64,000 bases of DNA from a virus: positions 60,115-124,114 of IMG/VR virus record IMGVR_UViG_3300016476_000174, one strand, 5' to 3'. Under the pieces are notes generated by a model. That model saw nothing but the letters and a program-made list of their open reading frames with translations. It did no database searches and had not been told where the DNA came from. Every line of letters starts with the position of its first letter. The first letter of the stretch is position 1. Made by a program: the position numbers and the translations under genes. Shown one piece after another: positions 19,259-29,427 of the stretch.

Positions 19259-22200
19259 TTAATACGTTTATTTCTTGTTTAAGTTCTTTTACTGCCTCTA
19301 CAAGTACAGCCACAATTCTAGCATAAGCTACTGAATCTGGTTTTCCTTCTGCATCTTTTATAACAACATCTGGTAATACAGATTCTACTTCTTCTGCAAT
19401 AAGACCTAATTCACTAACCCCAGTTTCTTTTTTTGTATAGGAAACACCACGTAAAGATAAAATACTATTTAGTCCATTTTGAACTGTTTGTATATTATTT
19501 TTATAGCGTATTGAAGATGATTCTGTAAGAACACCAGCTATTGTAAGATTACCGTTTCCATAAAACTCATGTGACGCAGCACCACCAGATAAATAATAAC
19601 TATTAAATCTAAGAGCCCATATAGAAGTTGAAGTATCAAAATTCATATGTAACTCTTTACTAGCAACGCCACCATACCAACGCATAGTATTTAAAGTACC
19701 ACCACCGTTATTAACTAAATCAATGCTTGGTCTAGATCCTTCTATTTTAAGACCACGATTCATCCACACTTGTGCGTCTGATCCTCCTCCTATAAGAACA
19801 TTTCCTGCACCTGTTACTTTAAACTGCTCTACTGTACCTCTATTAGTACCATCTCCACTTGCAAGTTTTAGTAAATAAACACCTGCTGTATTCATAGATG
19901 AATCTATAGCCATACCATAAGCTCCACCATGAGATATGTAAGTTTTTACACTAGCTCCTCCTGAAGCATTATAAAAAGTATAACCCCATCCAGATGCTTG
20001 TCCTTCTGCAGCAATTTTAGGACCACCATTTGTAGTAGTTCCTATAAGCAGATTTCCTCCACTTGGAGTAATTACTACAGAACCTCCATTACCACCAATT
20101 TGAAAATCTAAAGCAGAACCTGCACTGTAATCATATGCATCTAATTTTAAAGCAGAACCGTTATTATATATATAAATTGCTTTATTATTATATACAGCTC
20201 CAATTCCTGTTTGTGTAGTATCAGTTGTCATTATTCTCATCCAAGATGGAATACTTGATACTGTACCTGATCCTACCTGTAATGCTACAACTGGAGATGC
20301 GGTTTGTATACCAACATTACCAATAGCAGTTATTCTCATTTTTTCTGACAATGAGTTAAACCCATATGTAGTAGAGAATATAATATCACTAAAATCGTGA
20401 GTAGCTCCGTTTTGTGCTTTAATCTGGGCCCAAGTATAAGGACCCATATGGTTATTTCTAAAATCTATACTTCCAACTACTGTAGTACTACCAATTGCTG
20501 TTTTTGTAATAGTTAAATTACCAGAATTTAAATGTAATAAAGAAACTGGATCAATTGTACCAATACCAATATAACCATTAGATGGCATACGCATGATTGT
20601 AGTTCCATTATTTTTAAAATGGAAACCTTCACCATTCATATTATCTAATACAAAACCATTAGCTGCTAATGAGCCAGCATCATACATTCTTGTATAAATA
20701 GCATTATCAGTACGATTAAAACGTAGCTCATTACCACTTCTAATAGTACTACCATTACCTTCAATTGTAACACTACTTGCAAATGTTGCTACTCCAGTGG
20801 AAGCTATAGATAATTTTGCTCCACTACCACTATTCCAAAAAGATAATGTTTGTGTACTATATTGGTAAGCTATCAAGTCTCTTGTAACAGCTCCAACTTG
20901 TGCTAAAATAGTAAAGTAGTCATTATAATAAGTTTGGATAGTTACACTACCATATCCATCATACAAGAATATATTTGCACCACTATTACCAATCAAATCT
21001 AATTCAGCAGTACTAACAGAAGAGCTACCTAACTGCATCCAACCAGCGTTCATTTCTTTTAATGAACTATTACCAATAGTTCCACTAGCTGTAAATTTAG
21101 GAACAAAGTTATTTGTACCAGTACCTGTTATAGGATTAGTAAGTATTGTTTGATACGTAGATGCTGCAGATGATGTAGTTAAATATGTACTATTATCATA
21201 ACTTACAGTAGTACCATTTACCTTTACAAAACCTGTACCATTTAATTGTGCTTGTCCTGTATATGCACCTACTGCGTAAGAATAAGCAACTATTTCTATA
21301 GTATCATTTAGTGTAGCAGCAAAACCTAACACTACACTTGTACCATTTGAAGCAGTGTAGTCAGATGCTGCTAACTTAGATCCATTATAGAATACATCAA
21401 CTAATCCAGGATTATATGTAACAGTAAATATTGTCTGTCCGGCAGTAGCTGTAAAGTAAGTAACTTGTCTTAAAGCATTAGTTGCTGTAAATGCTGTATT
21501 ATATCTAACTACTTCTACAATATTACCTACACCAGTTCCTGTTGCTAATACAACTGTAGAGCCATTTGTAGCCGTAAAATCAGAAGTAGATATTTTAATA
21601 CCGTTTATATAAACATCAACTAAACCTACTACATATCCACCAGTTACTGTAAATGTAGTTTGATTAGCTGTAGCTGTATAAGTTTGAATAGTTCTTGATG
21701 AACTAGAAACTGAAGATGCTGGTGTAAATCCTAAAGCATCTGTTACATCTGTAGAAGAAAGAGTAATTGCTCCAGTGCGAGTATTAAAACTAGTAACTCC
21801 TCCTTGATATTGAGGTATGTTTAATACACCAGTTGTATTATCATAAGTAGCTGCACCTGATGTCCCTGTTGTTGTTAAAGATATTGCACTACGAGCTCTT
21901 GTATTGGTAAAGTACAAGTTACCAGATTCTGTTACTTGAGCTGTAGTGTAGTCACCAGTAACAGGAATAATATCTCCTGTACGTGTGTTAAATGAAGTTA
22001 CACCAGAAGCTATAGTCCATGATCTATCTGCTGATAAATCATAAGCTGTACCATTGATTGTAATAGTTCTAGTCTGAGGAACTTTTGTTCCTATAGAAGT
22101 ACTAATAGTAGTAGCAAAATTAGGATCATCTCCTAATGCTGCAGCTAACTCATTTAATGTATCTAAAGTTGTAGGAGCACTATCTACTAAGTTTGCTATA

Positions 22201-23597
22201 GCAGTTCCAACATAGGATTGTGTAGCATAGTTATTAGCTGTTAGATAGGTATTTACTCTAGCATCCGTATAGTAAAGGTTAGTACCTTCAGCAATATTAG
22301 TTGTTGTAGCAGCAATCTTAGTCCATAGACCAGTTGATGCTACATATTTAATCATATCACCATCTGAAGCATTTGCAACAGATAAATTATGTAATTCATC
22401 TAACTCAAAACCGTTTTGTACTTTTACAAAAATCTCACCATTATTTTGTTGTACTCTTGTAACTATACCAATAAATACTAAATGAGCAGGTGCTGTTGGT
22501 TTATTAACTAAACCAAATATTAAATTACCATTTGTACCTAACCATACTGAATCACCTGCTGTAGCTGTACTTGTATCTAAACCAGCAAGTAAGCCTTCTG
22601 TTACAACAAAGCCTTGCCCATTAATAGCTAAATCTTGAGCAACAAGTCCTAATGTTTTACTAGAAGTAGATTCTGCTGCATTAGAAGCTTTAGATACAAT
22701 CATATTAGTACCATCTGCTGATGATACATAAACAGCTTGACCTTTTGTTAAAGCAACTGCAGCTTTTACTGTATGCTTTACACTGCTTGTGTAATTAGGA
22801 ATCCAAGCTACATCATAATTTGTAGCTGAGTTTTTAGCTAATATGTCCCCAGCTGCTCCTCCTGTAGGAAGAATATTCCATATTCTATCGGCAGATAGAT
22901 CATAAGCTACTCCATCAATAGTTATTGTTCTACCAGTAGGCACGCCACCTAAACCAGCTAATGTGTAAGTAGGAATATTTAAAACACCTGTACCAGAATT
23001 ATATGTTGATGCTCCTGAAGTACCAGTAACCGTAAGAGTTATAGCTGCCCTTGCACGAGCATTAGTATAATATAAATTGATTGTTCCTTCTGGAATCTGA
23101 TCTGTACTAGATATAAATCCATTATAGATTGGATTATATACAAAAATATCTAGTAAATCTCCAGCTACAGCAGCATCTGCTAATGTAAAAGTATTACCAT
23201 TAGATGTGTCAATTGCAACTGGTGTAATTAATACACCATTTAAGAATACATCAATAAGTCCAGGTGTATAACCACCTGACACTGTAAATACTGTTTGCCC
23301 TGCTGTAGCAGTAATTTGTTGTAAAGCTCTGATTGCTCCTACACCTGACGCAGCAACTGATACTATACCAGTGCCATCTATACTTAAACCACTACCTATC
23401 TTAATACCACCAAGAGTAGTACCAGAGGCAATAGGTAGCGTATACGGTGTAACGAACCCTCTGACCCAAGCTGTTGTAGCTAACTTAGTAGAGTTATCAT
23501 TAGCAGCAGGAGTCTGACCAGTAGCAGTATTGTTAAGTGTAACTACACCATCTACTGTCAGACCAGCTTTAGCTAGTATGTCAGATAGAAATTTCAT
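19239..23597 (-). CDS. Long tail fibre with peptidase S74 chaperone
   Basis: 1452 aa; TATAGQTxF...VDVFxNG repeats; LDTLNELAAALGDD; SSIRYKNNI...GLIAEEV...VAYARI. Confidence 0.9.
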   Translation of the reverse strand: MKFLSDILAKAGLTVDGVVTLNNTATGQTPAANDNSTKLATTAWVRGFVTPYTLPIASGTTLGGIKIGSGLSIDGTGIVSVAASGVGAIRALQQITATAGQTVFTVSGGYTPGLIDVFLNGVLITPVAIDTSNGNTFTLADAAVAGDLLDIFVYNPIYNGFISSTDQIPEGTINLYYTNARARAAITLTVTGTSGASTYNSGTGVLNIPTYTLAGLGGVPTGRTITIDGVAYDLSADRIWNILPTGGAAGDILAKNSATNYDVAWIPNYTSSVKHTVKAAVALTKGQAVYVSSADGTNMIVSKASNAAESTSSKTLGLVAQDLAINGQGFVVTEGLLAGLDTSTATAGDSVWLGTNGNLIFGLVNKPTAPAHLVFIGIVTRVQQNNGEIFVKVQNGFELDELHNLSVANASDGDMIKYVASTGLWTKIAATTTNIAEGTNLYYTDARVNTYLTANNYATQSYVGTAIANLVDSAPTTLDTLNELAAALGDDPNFATTISTSIGTKVPQTRTITINGTAYDLSADRSWTIASGVTSFNTRTGDIIPVTGDYTTAQVTESGNLYFTNTRARSAISLTTTGTSGAATYDNTTGVLNIPQYQGGVTSFNTRTGAITLSSTDVTDALGFTPASSVSSSSRTIQTYTATANQTTFTVTGGYVVGLVDVYINGIKISTSDFTATNGSTVVLATGTGVGNIVEVVRYNTAFTATNALRQVTYFTATAGQTIFTVTYNPGLVDVFYNGSKLAASDYTASNGTSVVLGFAATLNDTIEIVAYSYAVGAYTGQAQLNGTGFVKVNGTTVSYDNSTYLTTSSAASTYQTILTNPITGTGTNNFVPKFTASGTIGNSSLKEMNAGWMQLGSSSVSTAELDLIGNSGANIFLYDGYGSVTIQTYYNDYFTILAQVGAVTRDLIAYQYSTQTLSFWNSGSGAKLSIASTGVATFASSVTIEGNGSTIRSGNELRFNRTDNAIYTRMYDAGSLAANGFVLDNMNGEGFHFKNNGTTIMRMPSNGYIGIGTIDPVSLLHLNSGNLTITKTAIGSTTVVGSIDFRNNHMGPYTWAQIKAQNGATHDFSDIIFSTTYGFNSLSEKMRITAIGNVGIQTASPVVALQVGSGTVSSIPSWMRIMTTDTTQTGIGAVYNNKAIYIYNNGSALKLDAYDYSAGSALDFQIGGNGGSVVITPSGGNLLIGTTTNGGPKIAAEGQASGWGYTFYNASGGASVKTYISHGGAYGMAIDSSMNTAGVYLLKLASGDGTNRGTVEQFKVTGAGNVLIGGGSDAQVWMNRGLKIEGSRPSIDLVNNGGGTLNTMRWYGGVASKELHMNFDTSTSIWALRFNSYYLSGGAASHEFYGNGNLTIAGVLTESSSIRYKNNIQTVQNGLNSILSLRGVSYTKKETGVSELGLIAEEVESVLPDVVIKDAEGKPDSVAYARIVAVLVEAVKELKQEINVLNGKLNS

Positions 23598-23607
23598 TCA
23601 GATTTTA

Positions 23608-24819
23608 TTATTTCTTGATGATTACACGATAAGCATTAGCAGAAGGAGCTGTAGCAAAACTTACAGTTACTGTAGCAGCATCTGTAATAACTACATCTGT
23701 AAACACTTCTTCTAATGTTGTATTATCTTTAATCATCACGATTACATCAATAGTGTTTAAGCCGTGTGACAAAGCATAAGAAGTTCCTGAACCTCCTATA
23801 TTTGCAGCATAACCACCAGTTCTGTTATCTAATAATGTTTTTAACTTTAAAGGAGTAACAATACGTGCATCATCTGTACCTGCAGCAGTTTCAGCATCTG
23901 TTGCAATCTCTGCAATACCTGTACGTGTTTCTGTAGCTGTACGAGAAGATAAACTAGCAGGAGTTACTGCTTTATTAGAATCTGTACCTGTTTGAGTTTC
24001 TGCATTTGTAGCAAGATATACTAAACCTAATACAGTTGTAGTAGCTTGATCACGGTTAACTTCTAATCTGATCCAGTCAGCTTTTAAACTAGTAGATGCA
24101 CTGTTAACTTTAGCAACAACTACATCACCTACATTAAACGGTTCACTATCCACTGTACCAGCAACTGTTACATACCAGTAGTCACCAGCTTTAGTTCCTG
24201 CTACAGGAGCTGAACCTACTGGAAAAGAACCAGTAGAAGCATCCCAACCACCTTCTAAGTTACCAAGATTACCTACATTAGTATCAATGTAAGATTTAAT
24301 AGCTGCTGAAGTAGCAAGAGTTGTACTAGAAGCACTGCCTAAATCTGTAACAATTGTTACTTCACTAGGATTAGCTGTAGCTCCAGACGTATTACCAATT
24401 ACTGTTAAGTTAGCTACTTGTTGTAACTTATCAAAAGTTACTGCATTAGCATTAATCTTTACAGTTGTAACTGCAGAGTTAGCAATCTTACCAGTAGTAA
24501 TACCTAAGTCTTTAACTCTTAAACTATCACTGTTAATTTCAATTGTAGCATTATCTACGTTTACATCTAATGTGATTACATCACCATTAGCTGATGTAGA
24601 TGCTGTAAGACCAGCACCACCAAGAACATCTTGGATATCTCCTGACATGTCAACCCATTGACTTCCATCCCAGAAGAACATTCTTAATACTGAAGGAGTA
24701 GTGTCAAAATAGATTTGACCAACTACTGGACTGCCCGGTGCACCAGCATTATTGTGTACCGCTACATTTAGAATCTGGTTTTGGGTGAGATCCAGATTGG
24801 TTAAAAACTTTTTAGACAT
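23608..24819 (-). CDS. Tail/fibre-anchoring structural protein
   Basis: ATxAET...AVTP repeats; C-terminal HGLNT domain shared with the two adjacent genes. Confidence 0.65.
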   Translation of the reverse strand: MSKKFLTNLDLTQNQILNVAVHNNAGAPGSPVVGQIYFDTTPSVLRMFFWDGSQWVDMSGDIQDVLGGAGLTASTSANGDVITLDVNVDNATIEINSDSLRVKDLGITTGKIANSAVTTVKINANAVTFDKLQQVANLTVIGNTSGATANPSEVTIVTDLGSASSTTLATSAAIKSYIDTNVGNLGNLEGGWDASTGSFPVGSAPVAGTKAGDYWYVTVAGTVDSEPFNVGDVVVAKVNSASTSLKADWIRLEVNRDQATTTVLGLVYLATNAETQTGTDSNKAVTPASLSSRTATETRTGIAEIATDAETAAGTDDARIVTPLKLKTLLDNRTGGYAANIGGSGTSYALSHGLNTIDVIVMIKDNTTLEEVFTDVVITDAATVTVSFATAPSANAYRVIIKK

Positions 24820-24835
24820 AGTATATATATTATAA

Positions 24836-25363
24836 TTAGTTCAAAAATGCTTTCCCACTAAAAGGTGCGGAAAACTTTACTATTAATGAATTAGGGTTTA
24901 CATGCTCAACTTCTCCTATAACTTCTGCATTACTTGCATCTACTATAGAAACAGATGGGTATTTATTTAAATTATGTGTAATATTCCATGTAGAAGAAGA
25001 CACTGTTTGATTATGTATATGAGAAAACTTATAACTGTCTTGTATAGAAAGATTATCTCTATATGTAAGTGTGATGGTTCTATTCTCATTATCAGCAGTT
25101 ACATCTATAGCAACTACTGTTTTATTAAAAGCCTCATCTATTTTAGCTAAATCACTATCTGATATACTTACCTGATCCCACTGATTACCATCCCATGCAT
25201 ATAAAAGATGTAATGTAGTATCATAAACAACAATACCAGCATCACTAGAATTATACCCAGCAGCTAAAGCATTTCTTTCTGTTGTAGTTACAGGTTGTAA
25301 CTTAGCATTAAGAATACTATTCTTGTTAAAATCATAATCTACATATATCTTCTGTACTGCCAT
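24836..25363 (-). CDS. Virion structural protein
   Basis: WNITHNLNKYPSVSIVD...VKFSAPFSGKA domain. Confidence 0.65.
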   Translation of the reverse strand: MAVQKIYVDYDFNKNSILNAKLQPVTTTERNALAAGYNSSDAGIVVYDTTLHLLYAWDGNQWDQVSISDSDLAKIDEAFNKTVVAIDVTADNENRTITLTYRDNLSIQDSYKFSHIHNQTVSSSTWNITHNLNKYPSVSIVDASNAEVIGEVEHVNPNSLIVKFSAPFSGKAFLN

Positions 25364-25980
25364 TATGATAAATATGCTCTACCAGCTACGGGTTGATTAA
25401 AGTAAATTTTGATTCTGTTATTATCTATGATGTCAATTACACCTTGAATATCTGCACCAGTTAAGTCTTCTGTACGTACATTAGGAGCTAAGTTCATACC
25501 ATGGATAATGTCCCACATAGTAGCAGGTGTTTGCTGTGTAAATACAAATGAGCTATTTTGATTAATAGTAATGGCTGGGTTTAAGTTAATTCTAGTTACA
25601 CAACCGCCTGTATTTACTTCTATAATATTTTGTGTACCATCTCCATATGTATAACCTACACCAACTTGTTGTGGTGCATCTGCAGTGGAAGATTTAAAAT
25701 AACCAGGTCCCCATACATCATAGCTTGTATCATATTGTACAGATGTATCATTTCTATAACTAACTGGTAACCAAGTAGTATAATTAATATTAGTTTGAGA
25801 AAGAGCTCCTTCATCCTCTATAGCCTGCCAATCTACAATCTGCTTTCTCATATCAATAAGATCAGCATTTAGATCTGGTCTACATGAGTCAATACCATAA
25901 CGCATTTGTCTGTATGTTCTATTAAGAACATCAGCAAACTCTTTATAGTATTTAACTTTCTTAGGAAGGAGGGTTCTCAT
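25363..25980 (-). CDS. Virion structural protein
   Basis: WDIIHGMNLAPNV...IYFNQPVAGRA domain. Confidence 0.6.
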   Translation of the reverse strand: MRTLLPKKVKYYKEFADVLNRTYRQMRYGIDSCRPDLNADLIDMRKQIVDWQAIEDEGALSQTNINYTTWLPVSYRNDTSVQYDTSYDVWGPGYFKSSTADAPQQVGVGYTYGDGTQNIIEVNTGGCVTRINLNPAITINQNSSFVFTQQTPATMWDIIHGMNLAPNVRTEDLTGADIQGVIDIIDNNRIKIYFNQPVAGRAYLS

Positions 25981-26143
25981 TTTGAGTTTCTGTTTTAGTA
26001 TTTAAAGCAGCCATTAAAGCTTGAGCATTAATCTGAATTTCATAAGATGAAATACAGTTAGCACATACTCTTGTGCCGTTGGATGCAATTCTGTCTTGGC
26101 ATCCACATGTAATTGTAGTTCCACAATTTGTACAAGTTCTCAT
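25961..26143 (-). CDS. Small Cys-rich (Zn-binding-like) protein
   Basis: CTNC-x5-CGC...CANC. Confidence 0.55.
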   Translation of the reverse strand: MRTCTNCGTTITCGCQDRIASNGTRVCANCISSYEIQINAQALMAALNTKTETQNENPPS

Positions 26144-26171
26144 ATCTTTGGTTTTTTATGAAATCTTTACT

Positions 26172-26717
26172 CTACGCACACTCTGCAGTGTACTTATTCA
26201 ATCTTTTTTGAGCATACATCAATAGTTCCATACCAGCAGATGGTTCATGACAATACTCTACTTTTGCTTTAGCAGCATCAATAAAACTTTTAATTAAACG
26301 TAGTTCCTCTAATTTTTCTTTTACATCTGCATCAGGCTCACAAGCAGCCATTTCTAGATCACAAAGTAAGTTAAAATATTTATTAGTTGTTTGTGTTGTA
26401 CGTAAATGATTATACTCTACAAAAACATTTGAGTTAGGACTAACTGAATAATTAATAACATAGATACCATCAGGTAAAGGTTGTGATGCTTCTGTACATG
26501 CTGTACGTTGCAAACCTAAACTACATGCGTTTAACACAATGTTAAAGTTAGGTAATACCTCAATTCCTACAGGTAGATTAAAACCTGGAGAAGTAATTCT
26601 TAATGCTCCACAGTCTACAGGCAGACCATCTGCATATATACTAGTGTCAAAAAGACGTAAAACCTTGATATTATTGGTATCAGGCAGCTCTAAACTTAGC
26701 TGGTGTTTGCTTGCCAT
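26172..26717 (-). CDS. Virion structural protein
   Basis: LPDGIYVINYSV motif; structural operon. Confidence 0.55.
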   Translation of the reverse strand: MASKHQLSLELPDTNNIKVLRLFDTSIYADGLPVDCGALRITSPGFNLPVGIEVLPNFNIVLNACSLGLQRTACTEASQPLPDGIYVINYSVSPNSNVFVEYNHLRTTQTTNKYFNLLCDLEMAACEPDADVKEKLEELRLIKSFIDAAKAKVEYCHEPSAGMELLMYAQKRLNKYTAECA

Positions 26718-26760
26718 AACGATAAACTTTAAATATTTATATAGATTGAAGAGTACAAGT

Positions 26761-26778
26761 TCTCAATAATAATATACT
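26761..26778 (-). promoter_or_regulatory. Putative phage late promoter (GTATATTA motif)
   Basis: AGTATATTATTATTGAGA downstream of terminator. Confidence 0.45.
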
Positions 26779-26804
26779 AATTTTTTGGGACATGTCCAAA
26801 AAAC

Positions 26805-26834
26805 AAAAAGGGAGGGACATCTGTCCTCTCCCTT
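26805..26834 (-). terminator. Rho-independent terminator
   Basis: AAGGGAG-A-GGACA-GA-TGTCC-CTCCCTT followed by T run, after 26858..28213. Confidence 0.75.
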
Positions 26835-26857
26835 AATGTTTAGATATTCTTAATATC

Positions 26858-28213
26858 TTATACAGTCTCTAATGTTACTGCATTACCAGCCGCAGCTGCA
26901 CTAGATGCAATGAAGTTAGTAATTGAAGTAGTAGAAGTACCTGCTGGTACGTGAACTACGATCAAATACTGATCATTATCAAATGTGCTAGTTGGGTTGT
27001 TGAAACGAGGTACGTTGTGTAAAATCAACACTTGATCATACAAACCTGCCTTGTTAACAGTTGCTAAAGCTGGATCAGCTTCAATCTCACGCATACGTAA
27101 GCTATCTACACGAGAGCTATCAGGGTATGCATTTTGTAAGTAACGACCATCTAAGATCAACTCACGTAATACAGTTTCACCTAAACCAGATGCTTGCTTA
27201 GGAGCTTGAATCTCTGCAGATACAAATCCGTTTACAGCACAAGGATCACCAGACTCATCTACAAAAGATGTGTAGATAAATAATGGCTCTAACTCATAGA
27301 AATCAGTTGGAGTGAAAGTACAAGCACCAAACTTAGTTTCTACGTAAGCAGCAGTAATCTCTAAGTGAGAATCTACAGCAGCAATATCGTTAGCAGCAGT
27401 TAAAGGAGCATAAGTTCCAGTTGCAATTTGAGAGTAAATCTTAGCATTACCATCTGTAGAAGCTACAGCGTTTTTAGTAAGAACTACGTTTGCATAACCA
27501 GAGCTAGCTGAATCAGCTGCACCAACAGAAACTACTTGAGAACCACCAGCTAAAGAAGCATGTACAACCTTTTCACCTACTTGGAAAGCAGCTGCATCAG
27601 CGTTAGCTACAACAATAGTTGCAGAACCAGCTGTTGGGTTGATTGCTACAGAAGCAGTAGTTAAATTCCATACTTTAGCTACCACAAAGTCTTTCAACAA
27701 TGGAGCCTCGTTAATTTGATCTTTCCACTTAAGTAAGATCACGTTTTGGTCTACTGTGTTAGTAGTACCAGCTACAGTATCACAACCACTGTGAGCGTCT
27801 AATGTCTTGTACAACTGGTGGTTTAAGAAACGCAACGCAGGTGAACCTTTAACATCTAAACGTAGACGGTAAGTAGTGTCACTGTTAATTGTAGCTGCAG
27901 AAGGATCTACAGATACGATTTGGTTCTGAGCAACATCAGAAGTTACTTTGATTAAACGGCTGATGTACTTAGGATTGATTACTTTAGACTTAACAGACTC
28001 TTTGTAACCACCGTGAACAGGGCCAATTTTGTCAGCAGCAAAGTAAGAACCTTGAGCCAAAATAAAAGGAGCAGCTTGAGCTGTAACAGCTTGGTACGTC
28101 TTAGCATCGAAGAAGCCAATTTGACCAGCAGTTAAAGCATCAGTACCGCCAGAGCTAGCTAATGTTGTGCTAGCAGGCAAGAATGACTTGCGGAATGCAT
28201 TAGGAAAATACAT
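26858..28213 (-). CDS. Putative auxiliary capsid/structural protein (crAss-like)
   Basis: Position in capsid module; high-expression codon style; leader shared with MCP. Confidence 0.55.
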   Translation of the reverse strand: MYFPNAFRKSFLPASTTLASSGGTDALTAGQIGFFDAKTYQAVTAQAAPFILAQGSYFAADKIGPVHGGYKESVKSKVINPKYISRLIKVTSDVAQNQIVSVDPSAATINSDTTYRLRLDVKGSPALRFLNHQLYKTLDAHSGCDTVAGTTNTVDQNVILLKWKDQINEAPLLKDFVVAKVWNLTTASVAINPTAGSATIVVANADAAAFQVGEKVVHASLAGGSQVVSVGAADSASSGYANVVLTKNAVASTDGNAKIYSQIATGTYAPLTAANDIAAVDSHLEITAAYVETKFGACTFTPTDFYELEPLFIYTSFVDESGDPCAVNGFVSAEIQAPKQASGLGETVLRELILDGRYLQNAYPDSSRVDSLRMREIEADPALATVNKAGLYDQVLILHNVPRFNNPTSTFDNDQYLIVVHVPAGTSTTSITNFIASSAAAAGNAVTLETV

Positions 28214-28254
28214 AGGGCTTTAATTTAAAGGGTTATAAATAAATAAAAAAAAAC

Positions 28255-28668
28255 TTAACTTAAAAACATTAACTTATACTTAGTTCCAGAGATTAAGCTT
28301 TTGATCTCATCTAGTTGGTTTGTTACTTCAGAAAAGGGCATAATCTTTTGTAACTCTGTAACTTCTGTATATAGTTCTTTCATGTGAGATATTGCTTCCT
28401 GTACAGATCCGCACTTATATGCAGGAACTACTGGGAAATCTAGAAGCTTCTCACGAGCTCCTTGATATTGTTCAGCTACAGCATCTACTAAACCAGGCAT
28501 TCCATCATAAAACTCATTAAGAGCCTTATGTATTGAGAAAGATCCAGGTCCAGTAATCTTTAAATGCAACTGATGCATACTAGTTGTAAGGGCTTGAGCA
28601 TGAGCTAGCATAGCTGCTGTTTCAGTGCAAGGTCCCATTGGTCCAGGTCTTTGTAACTTCTGTATCAT
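28255..28668 (-). CDS. Ferritin/Dps-like four-helix protein (DUF5856-like)
   Basis: HQLHL...HKALNEFYD...DAVAEQYQG...KYKL. Confidence 0.7.
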   Translation of the reverse strand: MIQKLQRPGPMGPCTETAAMLAHAQALTTSMHQLHLKITGPGSFSIHKALNEFYDGMPGLVDAVAEQYQGAREKLLDFPVVPAYKCGSVQEAISHMKELYTEVTELQKIMPFSEVTNQLDEIKSLISGTKYKLMFLS

Positions 28669-29372
28669 TAACTATTTCTTTGTGCGTTTTGTACTTCTCT
28701 CTGATACTGGTTCATAGACTCTATATCACCTGCTAAAATAGCAGCAGCTTCATCAGCTATAATTTCACAGATATCATCTTTTAATTCACACTCTACATTA
28801 TCAGTATAAGCTTGTCCCGTAGAAATATTACTACAACCTAAAATTTGAATATCTTTTGGCTTTCTATAATACACAAGTTTTACATCATGTACAGTAAAAA
28901 GACCATTTGTATAAATTCTAATCTTGTCTCCAAGTATTGTACAAAATGTTTCAGCCCATTCAAAAGAAGGTGACTTAAAACTATCTGCTAGTAATATATC
29001 AACGTTAGCTTCTTCAGCTTGGTATATAGTTGACAAAGTTCTTTTTGGGCAGCAATCATTCTTTACATCACCACTAATTCTTACAAAATGTAAATAGTTA
29101 GCTGGAATAGTAACTGTTTCAAAATACTTTGGCTTTTCTAAACCACGTAGTTCAGTCTCACTTAATAAAATCTGAAGATCATCAACTACAGTTACACTTT
29201 GCTCTGAAGACTCTTTTAATGCATTTAAGCCATGAAGACGTCTACGTACCCACTCAAGCTGAGCTTTATTAAAAGCTTCTTGAATCTGCCAACACTCAAT
29301 GTTGTCATAGTCAAAAGAGCCAAGCTTATTAAGCCTCTGCTTGATTTTTATCTGTAACAGGTTGTTGTTCAT
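28668..29372 (-). CDS. Head-tail ring/neck-type structural protein
   Basis: FNKAQLEWV, PANYLHFV, YYRKPKDI motifs; crAss-like synteny. Confidence 0.5.
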   Translation of the reverse strand: MNNNLLQIKIKQRLNKLGSFDYDNIECWQIQEAFNKAQLEWVRRRLHGLNALKESSEQSVTVVDDLQILLSETELRGLEKPKYFETVTIPANYLHFVRISGDVKNDCCPKRTLSTIYQAEEANVDILLADSFKSPSFEWAETFCTILGDKIRIYTNGLFTVHDVKLVYYRKPKDIQILGCSNISTGQAYTDNVECELKDDICEIIADEAAAILAGDIESMNQYQREVQNAQRNS

Positions 29373-29383
29373 ATTTTATAAAG

Positions 29384-29418
29384 ACCTGGGAGCTGATCTT
29401 ACGGTAAGCAACCCAGGT
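29384..29418 (-). terminator. Intergenic stem-loop (terminator or processing site)
   Basis: ACCTGGG...CCCAGGT stem followed by CTTT. Confidence 0.45.
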
Positions 29419-29427
29419 ACTATTTTT

